A stretch of 64,000 nucleotides of DNA from the NCBI GenBank assembly GCA_951406725.2, contig OX597818.1, positions 108,500,001 through 108,564,000 on the forward strand, written 5' to 3'. A model generated the notes under the pieces. The model was not told the origin of the DNA. It saw nothing but the letters and a program-made list of their open reading frames with translations, and searched no databases. A program made the translations under genes and the position numbers. Shown one piece after another: positions 61,631 through 64,000 of this stretch. Source of the stretch: Octopus vulgaris (Eukaryota). Each line of letters opens with the position of its first letter. Position 1 is the first letter of the stretch.

Positions 61631-62276
61631 AATGTAATCAGGCATCCACTACCAATTCTGGTTGCAATTGATCAAAATGTTTCGTATCGATGCAACAGCT
61701 CATACATCATCATTTGGAATCTACTAATCTACTGGTGTTTCATGGCATTCTTAATCCTGCATGCTTCAGTTCTCCAAGCTATCAGCAATGGTATACCCAG
61801 ATACTCTGGGATATTTACTGCTAATAGATATGCATTCCACCCATGGAGAGATTTAACTCTGATTCGTTTATTGCTATTAAAGCAAAGTTAAGCACCGTTC
61901 ACCTGAGGGGATTTTTGGAGTTCTTTGTAGTTAAAGCTGCATCTTGTGTTGGCTGTTGATTATAATCAGTGGCCAAGTAGATGTGAAAAGTCATCCACTC
62001 GGTTGAAAAGTCATGGCTAAAATCTCCCCATTCCCACTATATTATTACTATTATTATTATTGTTATTATTATTATTATTATTGAGCAGCAAGCATGCAGA
62101 ATCGTTAGCACACCAGGCAGTCTCTATGTTCTAAGTTCAAATTCCACTGAGGTTGACTTTGCCTTTCATCTTTTTGGTGTTGATAAATTAAGTACCAGTT
62201 ATGTACTGGGGTCGATCTAATCAACTGGCCCCCTCCCCTGCCTAGAGAAGAAAAAAACTATTATTATTATTATTAT

Positions 62277-62570
62277 TAATATATACAGGATTGAGGTAAC
62301 TCCTCCAGAAGATACAAAAGCAAAAATAGAAGAGTGCCATTGTTATCAAGTGAACGAAATTTTGACAGGTTCAAAAAATATTGTCCATTTGATAACAGTG
62401 GCTCTCTTCTATTTTTTGCTTTTATATCTTTTGGAAAAGTTACCTCAGTCCTATAAATAATATCAAAAGTGAAGTAGATTGACAAGCTTATTTTTTGAAC
62501 ATGTTGATGACACACGAGATGTCGAAATATCATTCACTTGGTAACAATGGCACTCTTCTTTTTTTACTAT
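62277..62570. mobile_element. Family 3 Penelope-type repeat: inverted plus tandem copies, hammerhead-like motif at 62496-62536
   Basis: Arm 62277-62355 is inverted relative to 62382-62461; partial direct repeat at 62531-62570. TGAAC-ATGTTGA-T-GACA CACGAGA TGTC-GAAA-TATC-ATTCA. Confidence 0.65.
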
Positions 62571-64000
62571 TATTATTATTATTTGTAAGGTGGTAGGCTG
62601 GAAGAGTGGTTACCTTATAAACAAAATGCTTGGCAGCATTTCTTCTAGCTTTACATTTTGAGTTCAAATCCCACCAAGGTTAACTATGTCATTTCTGGGA
62701 GATTGATAGAATAAGTATCCATCAAGCACTGGGATCAATAATATCTACCTTCCCCTCCCCCTAAAATTGTTAGCCTTGCCAACCAAAATTTAAATCCAGT
62801 ATTATTATCCCTTTTGTATCTGACCCCTATCATGGAATTTAAGTGGGTTTACTCTTGGATAAGAACCCATCACCTCTCACCTCAGATTTTCACCTTTCCT
62901 AACAAGCAGGCCAGTTGCATGTAGTCCGTGGATGTGGCCAATAGTTTCAATAATGAGAATTTGTATGAGCAACTGAAAGAAAAATACATTTCAAACTCTC
63001 TAACAAATAATTTTGAAGATATTGATAACAACAACAACAACAACAACAACAGTGACACTTGCACAAAGTTATATATTTTAAATCACTCATCCAGGGACTG
63101 TGTTAAAACTAATCTTATTATGGTTGTAACCAGAACTGGGTTGTCAGGTTTAACATATTTCCTCAAACACACACACACACCAAATGTAGTTGGGAGATGT
63201 GTTTTAAAATAGTGTTTATTTGCTGCAGAATTTAATTCTTGAGAGATCAAAGGAAAAAATGAAAAAGCTATGTTTCTTTGTTTTAAAAAGGATGATACAA
63301 GAATTGAATTATCATTAAAGCAGTAATTACAACTGAAGCATTCCAGGAAATCTGAGAGAAATTTTTTTGATTGGAGGAGGGAAAGGTTATGGTTATCTCA
63401 GCTGCACTGTTAAATCTGAAGACTCAAACTGAAAGTGTTTGGTATACATCTGCCTGTAAACTTATGTTCCAGTATAAAGAGCCAAAAATACGAGAATAAG
63501 AGACACTGGAAGCAATGTTGATATATGGCCAAGTATTTTATATGTATTGCAGTCTGGGTGGATGGTTAGAGTGGACCAGAGGAGACGTAGAGTCAAGAAG
63601 TATCTAAATGGTTTTGCAAGTCCTATTGACCTCCAAAGGCCACAAGACTAAAATCAACTGTGTCCTGTTGAATGTTCCAAAACAAAGGGCATGAGTTCGA
63701 TGGTACAAAGTAAAGGGGCTAATTCCTACATGTGTCATAGGGGAGGGAAACCTTTTTTGCTCAGAGGAACAGAGAAAACTTGGCAAGGAAATGAGGAAAG
63801 AAAGCACAAACTGGACAGGGCAGCAACGAGTGTCCAGAGCAACAAACCTCAGTGTCCAGAGGAAGACCTATCACTTCTCCAATGAAGAAGGAGGTTTATC
63901 ACCACATACCCATCCTAGAATACAAACAAGCAGACACTCCATTTCCTAAGAGTAACAACTAGCAGCATCATTTCATTGTTATGCGATGAGGAAGAGATAA

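Overview
AT-rich, repeat-saturated eukaryotic non-coding DNA. The SINE families and microsatellite load suggest an octopod cephalopod (inference from recall, not from a search). I see no intact host protein-coding gene; most ORFs in the track are microsatellite or SINE artefacts. Decayed mobile elements dominate: two mariners (one full length, 58215-59498), a hAT transposase relic, hAT/piggyBac/Tc1-mariner MITEs, a 5'-truncated RTE LINE ending in three C2H2 fingers, a Tx1/L1-like RT relic, three R4/Dong-type endonuclease ends in microsatellites, probable solo LTRs, and several tRNA-headed SINE families with clear TSDs. The most interesting layer is a set of Penelope-type terminal repeats carrying minimal type I hammerhead ribozyme motifs in at least three sequence families (about nine motifs), often in inverted or palindromic arrangements. 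The main family reads GIY-YIG ORF end, tRNA-like Pol III A/B-box head, (AAT)n, hammerhead, fixed 3' end, and also occurs as short ORF-less copies. Weak splice signals suggest the window may be one long 5' intron of a minus-strand gene. Coordinates were read by eye; boundaries without TSDs or TIRs are approximate.
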